Positions 23,769-38,891 of a stretch of DNA of 64,000 nucleotides are shown here, one piece after another (the first letter of the stretch is position 1; each line of letters starts with the position of its first letter). This DNA comes from Escherichia coli (GTDB lineage: Bacteria > Pseudomonadota > Gammaproteobacteria > Enterobacterales > Enterobacteriaceae). The notes below the pieces were generated by a model that saw only the letters and a list, made by a program, of their open reading frames with translations, did no database searches and had not been told where the DNA came from. The position numbers and the translations under genes are program-made. Where the stretch lies: NCBI RefSeq assembly GCF_016026235.1, contig NZ_CP065613.1; one strand, written 5' to 3'.

Positions 23769-24554
23769 TTAGTGCCGGTGATAGCCATCGACCATGCTTT
23801 TAAAGGTTTCGTGTGGCGTACGCCCCGTGGTGCAAAGATAAAGATGACCGAAGATAAAAAAGAGGCTTATAAATGCCAGAGCAAAATGCGCCTGCAATAA
23901 CCAGTATCTTACGCCAGGAAACACATCTCCCACGGCTTGCGGATAGAGACACAACAGCCCCGTCAATAGTAACAACGGCAGCAATCCATACATGACACCA
24001 ACATAGGCGACCTGCTGTAAGGGATTAAATTTAGACTGGCTTGTTGCCGGGAAAGGATGTTCTTCCCCCTGCATAATGCCAAACAAATAAAATCGCGTTT
24101 GTTTTGCCGCTCGTTCCAGCCACCCCTGACGACGAATGCGATAGTGGTGACCATTATCCCCAACGGCATTGATCAGCACAAAGCCGAGCCAGCATGCCAG
24201 TAACAAAAATCCGCAAACTTCATGCACCGCAACCAGACTTTTAACCGCAGTTGCGCCCACCAGCGCAAAGTGATTTATCAGCCCACTTGCCAGCAACAAT
24301 ACAAAGAGTAACGCATTCGACCAGTGCCATAATCTGACCGCTTTGCTGTAAAGATAAATCTTCTCACCATGATCGGTGGCTGATTTCTTCACGCCACGAG
24401 CACGAAGCAAGGCGTGCAGCCCCAGCACCAACCACATCCCAACCAGCAATACTCCGGCAATGATCAACCACACCGGCCAAAATTCGGGAGTGAACTGTGG
24501 CACATAGTTCGCTAACTGGCTCTGAAACTGTTCAGCATGTTGCGACGGGTTCAT
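23769..24554 (-). CDS. ydhU: Membrane cytochrome b-like subunit (PhsC/NrfD-like) YdhU
   Basis: 261 aa hydrophobic ORF with conserved His residues; operon position. Confidence 0.8.
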   Translation of the reverse strand: MNPSQHAEQFQSQLANYVPQFTPEFWPVWLIIAGVLLVGMWLVLGLHALLRARGVKKSATDHGEKIYLYSKAVRLWHWSNALLFVLLLASGLINHFALVGATAVKSLVAVHEVCGFLLLACWLGFVLINAVGDNGHHYRIRRQGWLERAAKQTRFYLFGIMQGEEHPFPATSQSKFNPLQQVAYVGVMYGLLPLLLLTGLLCLYPQAVGDVFPGVRYWLLQAHFALAFISLFFIFGHLYLCTTGRTPHETFKSMVDGYHRH

Positions 24555-25219
24555 ACATTTTCCTTTTTAATCAAATGTTGACCGAACCGGCGATACAGAT
24601 GCGGTTTCCCGGCACCAGGTAGCTGATATTGATAGTATTTATTATCCTGCAACCACGCCTGAATTTCTGGGCTATCTTCGCGACCAAAGATCAATGCGTG
24701 TTCCGGACAGGCGCTGACGCAAATGGGCGGAAAGCCTTTTGCCAGTCGGGACTCAGCGCAGAAATCACATTTATCTGCCACTTTAGTGACAGGGTTAAGG
24801 TAGCGAACCTGGTACGGACAAGCGCCAATGCAATAACTGCAGCCGATGCACTGCGATTTTTCTACCCGCACGATCCCCTGCTCATCACGCCACGACGCCC
24901 CTGTCGGGCATACGTCGATGCACGGAGCATCTTCGCAGTGCTGACATGACTGGCGAAAAAAGTGATACTGCGTTTCGTTGTCGTTATCGGTGACTGGAAT
25001 GTGTGCTATCGATAAACGGCTTCCCTGAGCGGGGACGTGGTTAGTTTTACGGCATGCGCGGGCGCAAATATTACAGCCATTGCACCGTGACTCGTCATGA
25101 ATCATGGCATACCGAACTTCCTTTTCTTGCCTCGTGTTCGCTAACAGAGAAGACGCAGAACCAGTAAAAAAGATTACTGTTCCCATCCCCAGAACAAATT
25201 TGCGTCGAGTGAAGGACAT
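24551..25219 (-). CDS. ydhX: 4Fe-4S ferredoxin-type subunit with Tat signal, YdhX
   Basis: MSFTRRKFVLGMG twin-arginine motif, four CxxCxxCxxxCP clusters; start chosen at Tat-signal Met (ORF extends to 25270). Confidence 0.82.
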   Translation of the reverse strand: MSFTRRKFVLGMGTVIFFTGSASSLLANTRQEKEVRYAMIHDESRCNGCNICARACRKTNHVPAQGSRLSIAHIPVTDNDNETQYHFFRQSCQHCEDAPCIDVCPTGASWRDEQGIVRVEKSQCIGCSYCIGACPYQVRYLNPVTKVADKCDFCAESRLAKGFPPICVSACPEHALIFGREDSPEIQAWLQDNKYYQYQLPGAGKPHLYRRFGQHLIKKENV

Positions 25220-25282
25220 CTGATTATCCCCTAATGCAGTGGCTGCAACTGTCCACCCTATCCATGACATCTCCCTGAAATT

Positions 25283-25930
25283 TCAGGGGTTCTGAAACTG
25301 CTCTACCTCGAACCATTCGCATAAGCCATAAGCCTTGCCATAGGTCATAAATCGCTCACTAAACAAGTACAACTCCGCCGTCGATGACTCCACCTGCCGT
25401 ATATCGGCATATTCAGGTGCAACATCCATCGCGGCGATCGCGGCTTCAATCTGCGCTTCCTGGAAGTAATATGGCGCTTGCATCAGCATGGCGACTTTGT
25501 AAGGACGAGGATATGTCTGGCACTCAAAACGAACGGCGTGTGCAATGGCGCGACAAATGTCCTGCTCCACAACTTGCAAAGACATCGCCGCGTAGTTTTC
25601 ACTCATGGCCTGCGTTGAGTAATAGTAATCATCCTGGCTTCCCGTCATACAAGCGATATCAGCGTAGTCTCCGTTCTGCTTAATGCTTTCCAGCAAAACT
25701 GACAGCTCCTCTTCTGCAACCGAATAGGGTGGCGAGAGAAACACGGCGCGCGCCACCAGCTGCCCAGCCGCAGAATGCTGGCGAATGAACTCTGCCAGGA
25801 TTTCAGCCGGTTCTGGTTCGGTTACCGTATCAACGGGGTGACGCATCCCCTGTAACCATTGCCGCTTCGCCTCGTCAACTTCGCTGACTTTCGCTAACGG
25901 CAATTCATCCCGATGGTTCATCTCACCCAT
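25283..25930 (-). CDS. ydhW: YdhW, uncharacterised operon protein
   Basis: 215 aa ORF; operon context. Confidence 0.75.
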   Translation of the reverse strand: MGEMNHRDELPLAKVSEVDEAKRQWLQGMRHPVDTVTEPEPAEILAEFIRQHSAAGQLVARAVFLSPPYSVAEEELSVLLESIKQNGDYADIACMTGSQDDYYYSTQAMSENYAAMSLQVVEQDICRAIAHAVRFECQTYPRPYKVAMLMQAPYYFQEAQIEAAIAAMDVAPEYADIRQVESSTAELYLFSERFMTYGKAYGLCEWFEVEQFQNP

Positions 25931-25933
25931 TCC

Positions 25934-28683
<2,750 letters not shown>

Positions 28684-28892
28684 TTATTTCGCATCCTCTT
28701 CGCAAACACAGTGCTGACAATTCAGCAGCCTGATATTAAGCATTCAACTAATACGCTGCTGACTCTGTCCCCAACACCAGATATTTTCCCTAACCCGATA
28801 GTGTATGAGAAAAGATTTAACGCCGATAAACTAATCCTTTATGGTTTTATGGTTAGGAGAAAAAATAATGTGATTATTCTGAGCCCTTAACA

Positions 28893-28906
28893 TTGATCGT
28901 TATCAA
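28893..28906. promoter_or_regulatory. FNR/CRP-family site (perfect FNR consensus) upstream of ydhY
   Basis: TTGATCGTTATCAA = TTGAT-N4-ATCAA, ~210 bp upstream of ydhY start in AT-rich intergenic DNA. Confidence 0.65.
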
Positions 28907-29146
28907 TTAAAATTACAAAGCAAGAAATTATAAGTGAACTGATATTTATTATCATTTGAAATAAATTTAACTTAAGCGACAATTATTTGTGACGTTCATT
29001 GCAGAAAATAAAAATAATATTATCGTTATAAATTAAAATACATACCGCAATTCGTATAATTTCAGCAGTTGTTATTTAGAATGATTAACTGGACCGCAAC
29101 TGAAGCAAGAATATCAGGATGAAGCTTACCGCCTCATCCTGAATGG

Positions 29147-29356
29147 TCATTTTACCAGTGCGTTAATGACGGTTTCCATCGCCTGCTTTTCCAGCTCACT
29201 GCGCTGAATGCGTTTATTGGCTAATGCTGTACGTAATACGCCTGCGATAACAATATGCTTTGGTTCCTGCCCCAGATCGCGCATTTCCAGCACAACTTTA
29301 CCGACAACTCTGCACATTTCTCGGTACAGTTCATCCTCTTTTGTCCGATTTCCCAT
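29147..29356 (-). CDS. fumD: Small protein YdhZ (FumD, fumarase D)
   Basis: 69 aa ORF. Confidence 0.8.
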   Translation of the reverse strand: MGNRTKEDELYREMCRVVGKVVLEMRDLGQEPKHIVIAGVLRTALANKRIQRSELEKQAMETVINALVK

Positions 29357-29912
29357 TCTTTATACCTATTTATCATGCCAACTATCAGCATATATCAATC
29401 TAACCAATTAAACAAAAATCAAACAAAATCAGACAAATAACGCGATAAATTATTTTAACTATAGCAATTGAGCGATGATATATTTATACACCGGATGAAC
29501 TTTCACTTATCCTCACACTGACAACTTTGGCACCAGACGTTGCGCAAACAGCGAAGTTTTTGCGTAACCTTTTCCCTGGAACGTTAAATCTTTGATAACA
29601 ATTTATTGTCTAACAAGTTGTATATTTTTTGAAACGCTGTTTTTGTTTTCCTTTTGGATTAATTTCAGCGTATAATGCGCGCCAATTGACTCTTGAATGG
29701 TTTCAGCACTTTGGACTGTAGAACTCAACGACTCAAAAACAGGCACTCACGTTGGGCTGAGACACAAGCACACATTCCTCTGCACGCTTTTTCGATGTCA
29801 CCTATCCTTAGAGCGAGGCACCACCACTTTCGTAATACCGGATTCGCTTTCCGGCAGTGCGCCCAGAAAGCAAGTTTCTCCCATCCTTCTCAACTTAAAG
29901 ACTAAGACTGTC

Positions 29913-31325
29913 ATGAAAAAGACCAAAATTGTTTGCACCATCGGACCGAAAACCGAATCTGAAGAGATGTTAGCTAAAATGCTGGACGCTGGCATGAACG
30001 TTATGCGTCTGAACTTCTCTCATGGTGACTATGCAGAACACGGTCAGCGCATTCAGAATCTGCGCAACGTGATGAGCAAAACTGGTAAAACCGCCGCTAT
30101 CCTGCTTGATACCAAAGGTCCGGAAATCCGCACCATGAAACTGGAAGGCGGTAACGACGTTTCTCTGAAAGCTGGTCAGACCTTTACTTTCACCACTGAT
30201 AAATCTGTTATCGGCAACAGCGAAATGGTTGCGGTAACGTATGAAGGTTTCACTACTGACCTGTCTGTTGGCAACACCGTACTGGTTGACGATGGTCTGA
30301 TCGGTATGGAAGTTACCGCCATTGAAGGTAACAAAGTTATCTGTAAAGTACTGAACAACGGCGACCTGGGCGAAAACAAAGGTGTGAACCTGCCTGGCGT
30401 TTCCATTGCTCTGCCAGCACTGGCTGAAAAAGACAAACAGGACCTGATCTTTGGTTGCGAACAAGGCGTAGACTTTGTTGCTGCTTCCTTTATTCGTAAG
30501 CGTTCTGACGTTATCGAAATCCGTGAGCACCTGAAAGCGCACGGCGGCGAAAACATCCACATCATCTCCAAAATCGAAAACCAGGAAGGCCTCAACAACT
30601 TCGACGAAATCCTCGAAGCCTCTGACGGCATCATGGTTGCGCGTGGCGACCTGGGTGTAGAAATCCCGGTAGAAGAAGTTATCTTCGCCCAGAAGATGAT
30701 GATCGAAAAATGTATCCGTGCACGTAAAGTCGTTATCACTGCGACCCAGATGCTGGATTCCATGATCAAAAACCCACGCCCGACTCGCGCAGAAGCCGGT
30801 GACGTTGCAAACGCCATCCTCGACGGTACTGACGCAGTGATGCTGTCTGGTGAATCCGCAAAAGGTAAATACCCGCTGGAAGCGGTTTCTATCATGGCGA
30901 CCATCTGCGAACGTACCGACCGCGTGATGAACAGCCGTCTCGAGTTCAACAATGACAACCGTAAACTGCGCATTACCGAAGCGGTATGCCGTGGTGCCGT
31001 TGAAACTGCTGAAAAACTGGATGCTCCGCTGATCGTGGTTGCTACCCAGGGCGGTAAATCTGCTCGCGCAGTACGTAAATACTTCCCGGATGCCACCATC
31101 CTGGCACTGACCACCAACGAAAAAACGGCTCATCAGTTGGTACTGAGCAAAGGCGTTGTGCCGCAGCTGGTTAAAGAGATCACTTCTACTGATGATTTCT
31201 ACCGTCTGGGTAAAGAACTGGCTCTGCAGAGCGGTCTGGCACACAAAGGTGACGTTGTAGTTATGGTTTCTGGTGCACTGGTACCGAGCGGCACTACTAA
31301 CACCGCATCTGTTCACGTCCTGTAA
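29913..31325 (+). CDS. pykF: Pyruvate kinase I (FBP-activated)
   Basis: 470 aa from [19 protein letters not shown]...; ORF track starts further upstream but the conserved N-terminus begins here. Confidence 0.95.
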
Positions 31326-31355
31326 TATTGCTTTTGTGAATTAATTTGTATATCG

Positions 31356-31379
31356 AAGCGCCCTGATGGGCGCTTTTTT
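31356..31379 (+). terminator. Rho-independent terminator after pykF
   Basis: AAGCGCCC TGAT GGGCGCTT followed by TTTTT. Confidence 0.8.
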
Positions 31380-31560
31380 ATTTAATCGATAACCAGAAGC
31401 AATAAAAAATCAAATCGGATTTCACTATATAATCTCACTTTATCTAAGATGAATCCGATGGAAGCATCCTGTTTTCTCTCAATTTTTTTATCTAAAACCC
31501 AGCGTTCGATGCTTCTTTGAGCGAACGATCAAAAATAAGTGCCTTCCCATCAAAAAAATA

Positions 31561-31590
31561 TTCTCAACATAAAAAAGTTTGTGTAATACT
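31561..31590 (+). promoter_or_regulatory. lpp sigma70 promoter (-35 TTCTCA, -10 GTAATACT)
   Basis: Hexamers with 17 bp spacing ~45 bp upstream of lpp ATG; matches the known lpp promoter. Confidence 0.7.
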
Positions 31591-31622
31591 TGTAACGCTA
31601 CATGGAGATTAACTCAATCTAG

Positions 31623-31871
<249 letters not shown>

Positions 31872-31886
31872 TAGTACCTGTGAAGT

Positions 31887-31919
31887 GAAAAATGGCGCAC
31901 ATTGTGCGCCATTTTTTTT
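31887..31919 (+). terminator. Rho-independent terminator after lpp
   Basis: AAAAATGGCGCAC ATTG TGCGCCATTTTTTTT. Confidence 0.9.
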
Positions 31920-31934
31920 GTCTGCCGTTTACCG

Positions 31935-32939
31935 CTACTGCGTCGCGCGTAACATATTCCCTTGCTCTGGTTCACCATTCTGCGCTGACTCTACTGAAGG
32001 CGCATTGCTGGCTGTGGGAGTTGCTCCACTGCTCACCGCAACCGGATACCCTGCCCGACGATACAACGCTTTATCGACTAACTTCTGATCTACAGCCTTA
32101 TTGTCTTTAAATTGCGTAAAGCCTGCTGGCAGTGTGTATGGCATTGTCTGAACGTTCTGCTGTTCTTCTGCCGATAGTGGTCGATGTACTTCAACATAAC
32201 GCATCCCGTTAGGCTCCACGGAATATTTCACCGGTTCGTTGATCACTTTCACCGGCGTTCCCGTCCGCACGCTGGAGAACAAGGCTTTAATATCCGGTGC
32301 ATTCATGCGAATACACCCTGAACTGACGCGCAAACCGACGCTGTCCGGCGCACTGGTGCCATGAATGAGGTATTCGCCATTACCATGCGCGAGGCGCAGT
32401 GCGTAACGTCCTAGCGGGTTATTTGGTCCGGCAGGAACGACTGGCGGTAATTTAATACCACGCTCCAGCGAACGTTGACGAATGCCTGCAGTAGGCGTCC
32501 AGGTTGGGTTAGGGATTTTCTGCCCCACACGCGTTTCCATCACCGGCGTTTCCAGCCCCTGCAAGCCAATACCTATCGGATAAACCTGCACGATATTTTC
32601 TCCCGGCGGATAATAATAAAGGCGCAGCTCTGCAAGGTTAACGATAATCCCCTGACGCGGCGCATCAGGTAATAACAGTTGCGAAGGAATAGTTATCGTC
32701 GTACCGGGTTTTGGCACCGGGGCGATAGTGTTATTGGCTTCAAGGATCAACATTGCCGCAGTATCAAAACGTCGGGCAATAGCCTGAAGGTTTTTATCCC
32801 CTTCTTGCACCGTATACGTTTGATTTTGCCCAACCAGTCGGCTTCCGGTTGGTGGTAGCGGATAATCAACCGCCCAGGCAGCCTGGATGGCGCTAAAAGC
32901 GCCGATAAGCGTGAGTGTAAGCAAAGACGCGCGTTTCAT
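31935..32939 (-). CDS. ldtE: L,D-transpeptidase LdtE (YnhG) with signal peptide
   Basis: 334 aa; YkuD-type catalytic region (HGT...SSGCIRM). Confidence 0.88.
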   Translation of the reverse strand: MKRASLLTLTLIGAFSAIQAAWAVDYPLPPTGSRLVGQNQTYTVQEGDKNLQAIARRFDTAAMLILEANNTIAPVPKPGTTITIPSQLLLPDAPRQGIIVNLAELRLYYYPPGENIVQVYPIGIGLQGLETPVMETRVGQKIPNPTWTPTAGIRQRSLERGIKLPPVVPAGPNNPLGRYALRLAHGNGEYLIHGTSAPDSVGLRVSSGCIRMNAPDIKALFSSVRTGTPVKVINEPVKYSVEPNGMRYVEVHRPLSAEEQQNVQTMPYTLPAGFTQFKDNKAVDQKLVDKALYRRAGYPVAVSSGATPTASNAPSVESAQNGEPEQGNMLRATQ

Positions 32940-33087
32940 TGTAAACCTCCTGTATTTGCCGGAGACTCACGCTGAAACGTCGGATGGCGCTTATGTTCAC
33001 CTGAAACCAAAACACTCCTGTGCAGGTCAGTGTAAACATTGACCATCCGGCAATGTGAGCCAACCGGATGAAAGCTGTCCCTTTAGT

Positions 33088-33504
33088 TTAGCTAAGTGCA
33101 GCGGCTTTGGCGCGAATTGCGCGAATCATCGCTTCCAGACCTTGTGAACGAGATGGGGTGAGATGTTGGGTGAGCGCCATTTTTTTAAACCACGGACGCA
33201 CATCGAAATTGACAATATCCTGCGGCGTCATCTGATCGTAGAGAATAAAGACGACCGCAATAAGCCCTTTCACAATCGCCGCATCGCTGTCGCCCTGCAA
33301 TTCAATAATTCCCTGCGCATTCTGGCGCATGACAATCCACACCTGACTCTGGCAGCCCTGAATGCTATTTTGTGGGCTTCGGTCTTCGGCGCGTAATTCT
33401 GGCAGACGCTGGCCCAGCTCAATAATGTAGAGATATTTCTCTTCCCAGTTGGCGCAGCGTAAAAAATTACGCAGCAATTTTTCTTTATCCGGCAATAAAG
33501 CCAT
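33088..33504 (-). CDS. sufE: Sulfur acceptor SufE
   Basis: 138 aa; suf operon order. Confidence 0.92.
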   Translation of the reverse strand: MALLPDKEKLLRNFLRCANWEEKYLYIIELGQRLPELRAEDRSPQNSIQGCQSQVWIVMRQNAQGIIELQGDSDAAIVKGLIAVVFILYDQMTPQDIVNFDVRPWFKKMALTQHLTPSRSQGLEAMIRAIRAKAAALS

Positions 33505-33516
33505 AGTGCCTCCCTG

Positions 33517-34737
33517 TTATCCCAGCAGACGGTGAATACGTTGCAGTCCAGTCACCAGACGATCCACTTCTTCATGGGTGTTATACATGGCCAGCGACGC
33601 CCGACACATAGCAGGGACGTTGTAATAGGCCATTAATGGCATAGCGCAGTGATGTCCGGTACGCACAGCAATGCCGTAGTTATCGAGAAAACTGCCAACA
33701 TCATAGGCGTGGTGTTTACCAAGATTAAAAGCAATAACGCCAAGCCTGTTCCGCGGGCCATAGAGAGTGAGATCCGGTACAGATTCCAGCTGTGATAGCG
33801 CGTAGTGCATCAGATTCTGTTCATACTCGGCTATGTTATTAAGCCCCAGCGCCGAAACATACTCCAGCGCCGCGCCAAGACCAATGATGCCCCCGGTATT
33901 GGGTGTACCGGCTTCAAACCGCCATGGTGCTTTGGTCCAGGTAGTGCCTTCACTCAGGCTGACGGTGGCGATCATAGAACCGCCCCCTTCCCACGGCGGC
34001 ATCTCCTGCAACAAGGCTTCTTTGACATAAAGAATGCCAATCCCGGTGGGGCCATACAGTTTATGCCCGGAGAACACGTAAAAATCGCAATCCAGCGCCT
34101 GAACATCCACCGGATGATGCATCACCGCCTGAGCGCCATCCACCAGCACTTTTGCGCCATGCTGGTGCGCAAGCGTGATCATTCCCGCCAGTGGATTTTC
34201 TGTGCCAAGCACGTTGGAGACATGAGTAATTGCCAGCAGGCGAGTTTTCTCATCAAACAGCGTAGGCAGCGTCTCCAGTTGCAGCGTACCGTCGGGGTTG
34301 AGAGGGATCACACGCAGCTCTGCGCCAACGCGTGCGCAAAGCATCTGCCAGGGGACAATGTTAGCGTGGTGCTCCATCTGACTGATGATGATGTTATCGC
34401 CCGCCCGCACATTGCTGTTGCCCCAGCTATTGGCGACCAGATTGATCCCTTCCGTCGTGCCGCGGACGAACACCAGCTCTTCCGCCGAACGGGCATTAAT
34501 AAACAGCGATGCCCGCTTGCGCACGTTCTCCATTTTCTCGGTCGCCTGGGCGCTTAAGGTATGAATACCGCGATGCACCGCCGCGTAGCCATGACGATAA
34601 AACTCGGCCTCGGCGTCAATCACCTGGCTCGGTTTCTGTGCACTGGCGGCGCTGTCGAGATAAGCCAGCGGCAAACCGTTTACCTCACGCGAAAGCACCG
34701 GAAAGTCGGCCCGCACTTTGTCGACGGAAAAAGTCAT
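33517..34737 (-). CDS. sufS: Cysteine desulfurase SufS (PLP-dependent)
   Basis: 406 aa class-V aminotransferase. Confidence 0.93.
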   Translation of the reverse strand: MTFSVDKVRADFPVLSREVNGLPLAYLDSAASAQKPSQVIDAEAEFYRHGYAAVHRGIHTLSAQATEKMENVRKRASLFINARSAEELVFVRGTTEGINLVANSWGNSNVRAGDNIIISQMEHHANIVPWQMLCARVGAELRVIPLNPDGTLQLETLPTLFDEKTRLLAITHVSNVLGTENPLAGMITLAHQHGAKVLVDGAQAVMHHPVDVQALDCDFYVFSGHKLYGPTGIGILYVKEALLQEMPPWEGGGSMIATVSLSEGTTWTKAPWRFEAGTPNTGGIIGLGAALEYVSALGLNNIAEYEQNLMHYALSQLESVPDLTLYGPRNRLGVIAFNLGKHHAYDVGSFLDNYGIAVRTGHHCAMPLMAYYNVPAMCRASLAMYNTHEEVDRLVTGLQRIHRLLG

Positions 34738-36005
34738 CTTGCACCTCCTGGCAGCCGTTGACCGATTCGGGCCAGCACCTGCTGTTTAAGCCCCTCATCA
34801 CGCAGTGCTTCCGTCAGTTCGGCAGCAAAGGCGTAAATGATCATCTGCTGGGCATCCTGCTGATTGATCCCGCGCGAGCGCAGATAGAACATCTGTTCAT
34901 CATCAATACGCCCCACCGTCGCGCCGTGGCTGCATTTCACATCATCTGCATAGATTTCCAGCTGCGGTTTTGTATCCACTTCCGCCAGTTTGCCCATCAG
35001 CAGATTATTGTTGGTCATCTGACCATCCGTTTTGATGGCGTGCTGCGCGACGTTGATCAAACCGTTAAATACCGCGCGGCCTTTGTCGCTGACGATAGTT
35101 TTGTGCAACTGTCGGCTGTTACAAAAACCTTTATTGTGTTCCAGCCAGGTACGGGTATCACACACCTCGTTTTTCACCGGCATCGCCAGGCTATTGATCC
35201 GCAGCGTGCTGTTTTCGCCATTGAGTTGCGTACTGGTGTTGTGTCGTAACACTGCGCCACCCAGCAGGAAACTATGGCTAAATGCGGTGGCATCGTCAGC
35301 CAGCAACAAATCGTTATGGGCAAAGTGGTGACTGACCGGGTTTTCAAACGCCAGCTTGATATGCTGCAAGTGGGCGTTCGCTGCGACATTGATAGTGAAC
35401 CGTGCGCCGGTGAAGTGACGAGCATCATTAAGGCTGACAAAATGTTCGATCACCGTTGCTTCGGCACCTTCCGCCAGATCCAGATGATGTCGGTAATGGG
35501 CAGTGTTGACCTCTTCACCTGCCACGCCCTGGGTAATATGCATTAACAGCAATGGCTTTGCCGGCCGTTGACCGCGCTTCACGGCGATATGCGTCACGCT
35601 TTGTGCCAGGCTTTCCGTCAAATGCAGAAACACTTCCGCCTGAATAGCGTCGGGTACCCCCTGACGGTCGTCGTTAATGCTCACTTCATACCCGCTGCCT
35701 TCAGTCGCATCGCTCAGTGCTGACACGTAACGTCCATCGACAAATACCAGCCGCACAGCGTCTAACGTTAACGCTAAGGCATCTCGCTGCTGTGGGGATA
35801 TCTCTCCCGCAATGCTGACAAACTGGCTATTGGTCAGCCCTTCCAGCGGCGTATATTTCCAGTTTTCATGTTTACGTGTCGGCAGTCCGGTACGCAGCAA
35901 TTGTTGTAAATGCTGCTGTGCTTGCGGTGAGCGTTTTGTCCCTTCAGCTTCAAACAAGTGATGCCACTGTTGCAGCGCATTACTGCTGTTCGGTAAGCCA
36001 GCCAT
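34734..36005 (-). CDS. sufD: Fe-S cluster assembly protein SufD
   Basis: 423 aa; overlaps sufS and sufC. Confidence 0.92.
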   Translation of the reverse strand: MAGLPNSSNALQQWHHLFEAEGTKRSPQAQQHLQQLLRTGLPTRKHENWKYTPLEGLTNSQFVSIAGEISPQQRDALALTLDAVRLVFVDGRYVSALSDATEGSGYEVSINDDRQGVPDAIQAEVFLHLTESLAQSVTHIAVKRGQRPAKPLLLMHITQGVAGEEVNTAHYRHHLDLAEGAEATVIEHFVSLNDARHFTGARFTINVAANAHLQHIKLAFENPVSHHFAHNDLLLADDATAFSHSFLLGGAVLRHNTSTQLNGENSTLRINSLAMPVKNEVCDTRTWLEHNKGFCNSRQLHKTIVSDKGRAVFNGLINVAQHAIKTDGQMTNNNLLMGKLAEVDTKPQLEIYADDVKCSHGATVGRIDDEQMFYLRSRGINQQDAQQMIIYAFAAELTEALRDEGLKQQVLARIGQRLPGGAR

Positions 36006-36726
36006 AACCCTGCTCCTCCAGTTGTTTGACCAACGTGAAATCGCCGGATTTCACAATTCGTCCCTGATATAGCACATGAACGTAATCAGGCTTGATGTAG
36101 TCGAGAATGCGTTGGTAGTGCGTAACAATGATGAATGAGCGCTTGCCATCACGCAGCGAGTTCACGCCATCGGCGACCACTTTTAATGCGTCAATATCCA
36201 GCCCGGAGTCCGACTCATCAAGAATGCATAACTCCGGTTCCAGCACCGCCATTTGCAAAATATCGTTGCGCTTTTTCTCGCCGCCGGAAAAACCAACGTT
36301 TACCGAACGGGTTAATAAATCTTCCGGCATCTTCAGGAGAGCGATTTTCTCTTCCATCAAATCCTGAAAATCAAAGCGGTCGAGCGTTTCCTGGCCGCGA
36401 TAGCTGCGCACCGCATTAAGTGCCGTTTGCAGGAAAAACTGGTTACTGACGCCGGGAATCTCCACCGGATACTGGAAGGCCATAAAGATGCCTTCGCCTG
36501 CACGATCTTCCGGCGACAGCGCAAGCAAATCTTTGCCTTTGAACTCAACCGTGCCGCCCGTCACTTCATAATCTTCTCGCCCGGCAAGCGTTGCCGATAA
36601 GGTACTTTTGCCCGAACCGTTTGGCCCCATAATGGCGTGAACTTCGCCGGGACGAACGTCGAGGCTTAATCCACGCAGGATAGCTTTATCTTCCACGCTG
36701 ACGTGTAAATCTTTAATACTTAACAT
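35980..36726 (-). CDS. sufC: Fe-S assembly ATPase SufC (ABC-type)
   Basis: 248 aa, Walker A GPNGSGKST. Confidence 0.94.
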   Translation of the reverse strand: MLSIKDLHVSVEDKAILRGLSLDVRPGEVHAIMGPNGSGKSTLSATLAGREDYEVTGGTVEFKGKDLLALSPEDRAGEGIFMAFQYPVEIPGVSNQFFLQTALNAVRSYRGQETLDRFDFQDLMEEKIALLKMPEDLLTRSVNVGFSGGEKKRNDILQMAVLEPELCILDESDSGLDIDALKVVADGVNSLRDGKRSFIIVTHYQRILDYIKPDYVHVLYQGRIVKSGDFTLVKQLEEQGYGWLTEQQ

Positions 36727-36735
36727 GTTTATTCC

Positions 36736-38223
36736 TTATCCGACGCTGTGTTCAAGACTGATGGCGAGGAGTTTTTGTGCTTCAACGGCAAATTCCAGCG
36801 GCAGTTCTGAGAACACGTCTTTGCAGAAACCGTTAACAATCATCGAGATGGCGTCTTCTTCGCTAATCCCGCGTTGCAGGCAGTAAAACAGTTGATCTTC
36901 ACCAATACGTGATGTCGTTGCCTCGTGCTCCAGTTGTGCGCTGTTATTGCGACATTCGACATACGGGAAGGTATGCGCCCCACAATTAGCGCCAATCAGC
37001 ATTGAGTCGCACTGAGTGAAATTGCGCGCATTGGTTGCCGTCGGCATGATTTTCACTAGGCCGCGATAACTGTTCTGACTATGTCCGGCAGAGATCCCTT
37101 TCGAGATAATGGTCGATTTGGTGTTTTTACCGATGTGGATCATCTTGGTGCCGGTATCCGCTTGCTGATGACCGCTGGTCAGCGCCACTGAGTAAAACTC
37201 ACCAATGGAGTTATCGCCGCGCAAAATGCAGCTGGGATATTTCCACGTAATCGCAGACCCGGTTTCTGATTGCGTCCATGACATTTTGCTGTTTTCGCCT
37301 TCGCACAAAGCACGCTTGGTGACGAAGTTGAGAATACCGCCGGTGTTGTTATCGCCAGGGAACCAGTTTTGTACCGTGGAATATTTCACCTCGGCGTTTT
37401 TATGGATGATGACTTCCACCACTGCCGCGTGTAACTGATAGCTGTCACGCACCGGAGCGGAACAGCCTTCAATGTAGCTGACGTAGCTGTCTTCGTCGGC
37501 CACCAGAATGGTGCGCTCAAACTGCCCGGTTTTTTCCGCGTTAATGCGAAAATAGGTGGAAAGTTCCATCGGGCAGCGCACGCCTTTAGGCACATAAATA
37601 AACGTACCGTCAGAGGCTACCGCCGCATTAAGCGCGGCAAAGAAGTTGTCATTCCCCGGCACCACGGTGCCGAGATATTTACGCACCAGTTCCGGGTGAT
37701 CGTGGATCGCCTCACCAAAGGAACAGAAAATAATTCCCTGCTCCGCCAGTTTTTCGCGATAAGTAGTGGCAACCGAAACTGAGTCGAAAATGGCATCCAC
37801 CGCCACCTCTTTGCCTTCCCGCACGGGAACGCCCAACTGCTCAAACGCCGCCTCCACCTCTTTACTTAAAAAGGCGTTCGCGCCAGTTTGCTGCACCGCG
37901 CCAGGTTCAGACGCGCAAGTGTCGTCACAATTACCGCACGATGGTGCTGAGTAGTAGCTGTAATCCTGATAATTCAGCTTGTCGTAGTGCGCTTTCAACC
38001 AGTGCGGTTCTTCCATCTCCAGCCATGCGCGATAGGCGTTTAGACGAAACTCCAGCATCCACTCCGGCTCATTACGCTTCGCCGAAATTGCACGCACCAC
38101 CTCTTCGTTTATCCCCTTTGCCAGCTCATCGGTGGCTAACTGGGTGAAGAATCCTTCTTTATAATTCAGCGGGCCGCCGGTCCAGGTTTTGACATCGTCA
38201 GTTGCTTCAGTATTACGAGACAT
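36736..38223 (-). CDS. sufB: Fe-S cluster scaffold SufB
   Basis: 495 aa from [10 protein letters not shown]...; ORF track extends to 38262. Confidence 0.92.
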   Translation of the reverse strand: MSRNTEATDDVKTWTGGPLNYKEGFFTQLATDELAKGINEEVVRAISAKRNEPEWMLEFRLNAYRAWLEMEEPHWLKAHYDKLNYQDYSYYSAPSCGNCDDTCASEPGAVQQTGANAFLSKEVEAAFEQLGVPVREGKEVAVDAIFDSVSVATTYREKLAEQGIIFCSFGEAIHDHPELVRKYLGTVVPGNDNFFAALNAAVASDGTFIYVPKGVRCPMELSTYFRINAEKTGQFERTILVADEDSYVSYIEGCSAPVRDSYQLHAAVVEVIIHKNAEVKYSTVQNWFPGDNNTGGILNFVTKRALCEGENSKMSWTQSETGSAITWKYPSCILRGDNSIGEFYSVALTSGHQQADTGTKMIHIGKNTKSTIISKGISAGHSQNSYRGLVKIMPTATNARNFTQCDSMLIGANCGAHTFPYVECRNNSAQLEHEATTSRIGEDQLFYCLQRGISEEDAISMIVNGFCKDVFSELPLEFAVEAQKLLAISLEHSVG

Positions 38224-38231
38224 AGTACCGC

Positions 38232-38600
38232 CTATACCCCAAAGCTTTCGCCACAGCCACATTCATTCTGGGCTTTAGGGTTGTGAAATTTGAATATCTG
38301 ATTAAGTCCTTCACGAACGAAATCGACTTCCGTGCCATCAATAAACGGCATCGCTTGCAGCGGGACAAACAGCTTCGCGCCGTCGTGTTCAAACAGCAGA
38401 TCGTCTTTGTCCGGCTCGCTAACACTGTCGAGCACATAGCCAAAGCCCGCGCAGCCCGTTTGCTTCACGCCTAAGCGCACGCCGACCATACCCGGCTGCT
38501 TTGCCACCAGCTCACGGATGTGTATCGCCGCTGCGGGTGTCAGCGTTAAGCCTTGCCAGGCGAAATCTTGTGGGTTAAAGGTTCCTGAATGCATGTCCAT
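38232..38600 (-). CDS. sufA: A-type Fe-S carrier SufA
   Basis: 122 aa with C..CGC.SF motif. Confidence 0.92.
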   Translation of the reverse strand: MDMHSGTFNPQDFAWQGLTLTPAAAIHIRELVAKQPGMVGVRLGVKQTGCAGFGYVLDSVSEPDKDDLLFEHDGAKLFVPLQAMPFIDGTEVDFVREGLNQIFKFHNPKAQNECGCGESFGV

Positions 38601-38646
38601 CGATTTACCTCACTTCATCGCTTTCAGCGTATAACAGCATGTTAGT

Positions 38647-38659
38647 GATAATGATTATC
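38647..38659. promoter_or_regulatory. Fur box in sufA promoter
   Basis: GATAATGATTATC, strong match to Fur consensus core, ~50 bp upstream of sufA ATG. Confidence 0.7.
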
Positions 38660-38891
38660 AGTTCAACCCAGCAAACGCAGGGGCTTTACCGTAAAACATG
38701 CTTTTTGCCTGCTTTTAATAAGCATAGACCCTGATGTGTAGGTTAACAGGCACGCTAAGAATTAGGTATCTCATTGTTAGATAATGGTTATTATCTAAGG
38801 GCATTAAGGCTGTGATGAAAAAGAAAAAGTTGTATTGAAAATGACTATTTAAGAGATAGGTAAAAAAGTGCAGCGTTCAGAAATAAGAAAA

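Noticed and set aside
29970-31316. Long antisense ORFs (448 aa and 313 aa) on the minus strand opposite pykF
   Set aside because: Lie entirely within a strongly supported conserved gene on the other strand; translations are low-complexity with no recognisable domains; typical open antisense frames of a codon-biased gene
33805-35331. Plus-strand ORFs of 250 and 246 aa opposite sufS and sufD
   Set aside because: Antisense to conserved suf genes; Arg/His/Gln-rich unnatural composition; no RBS
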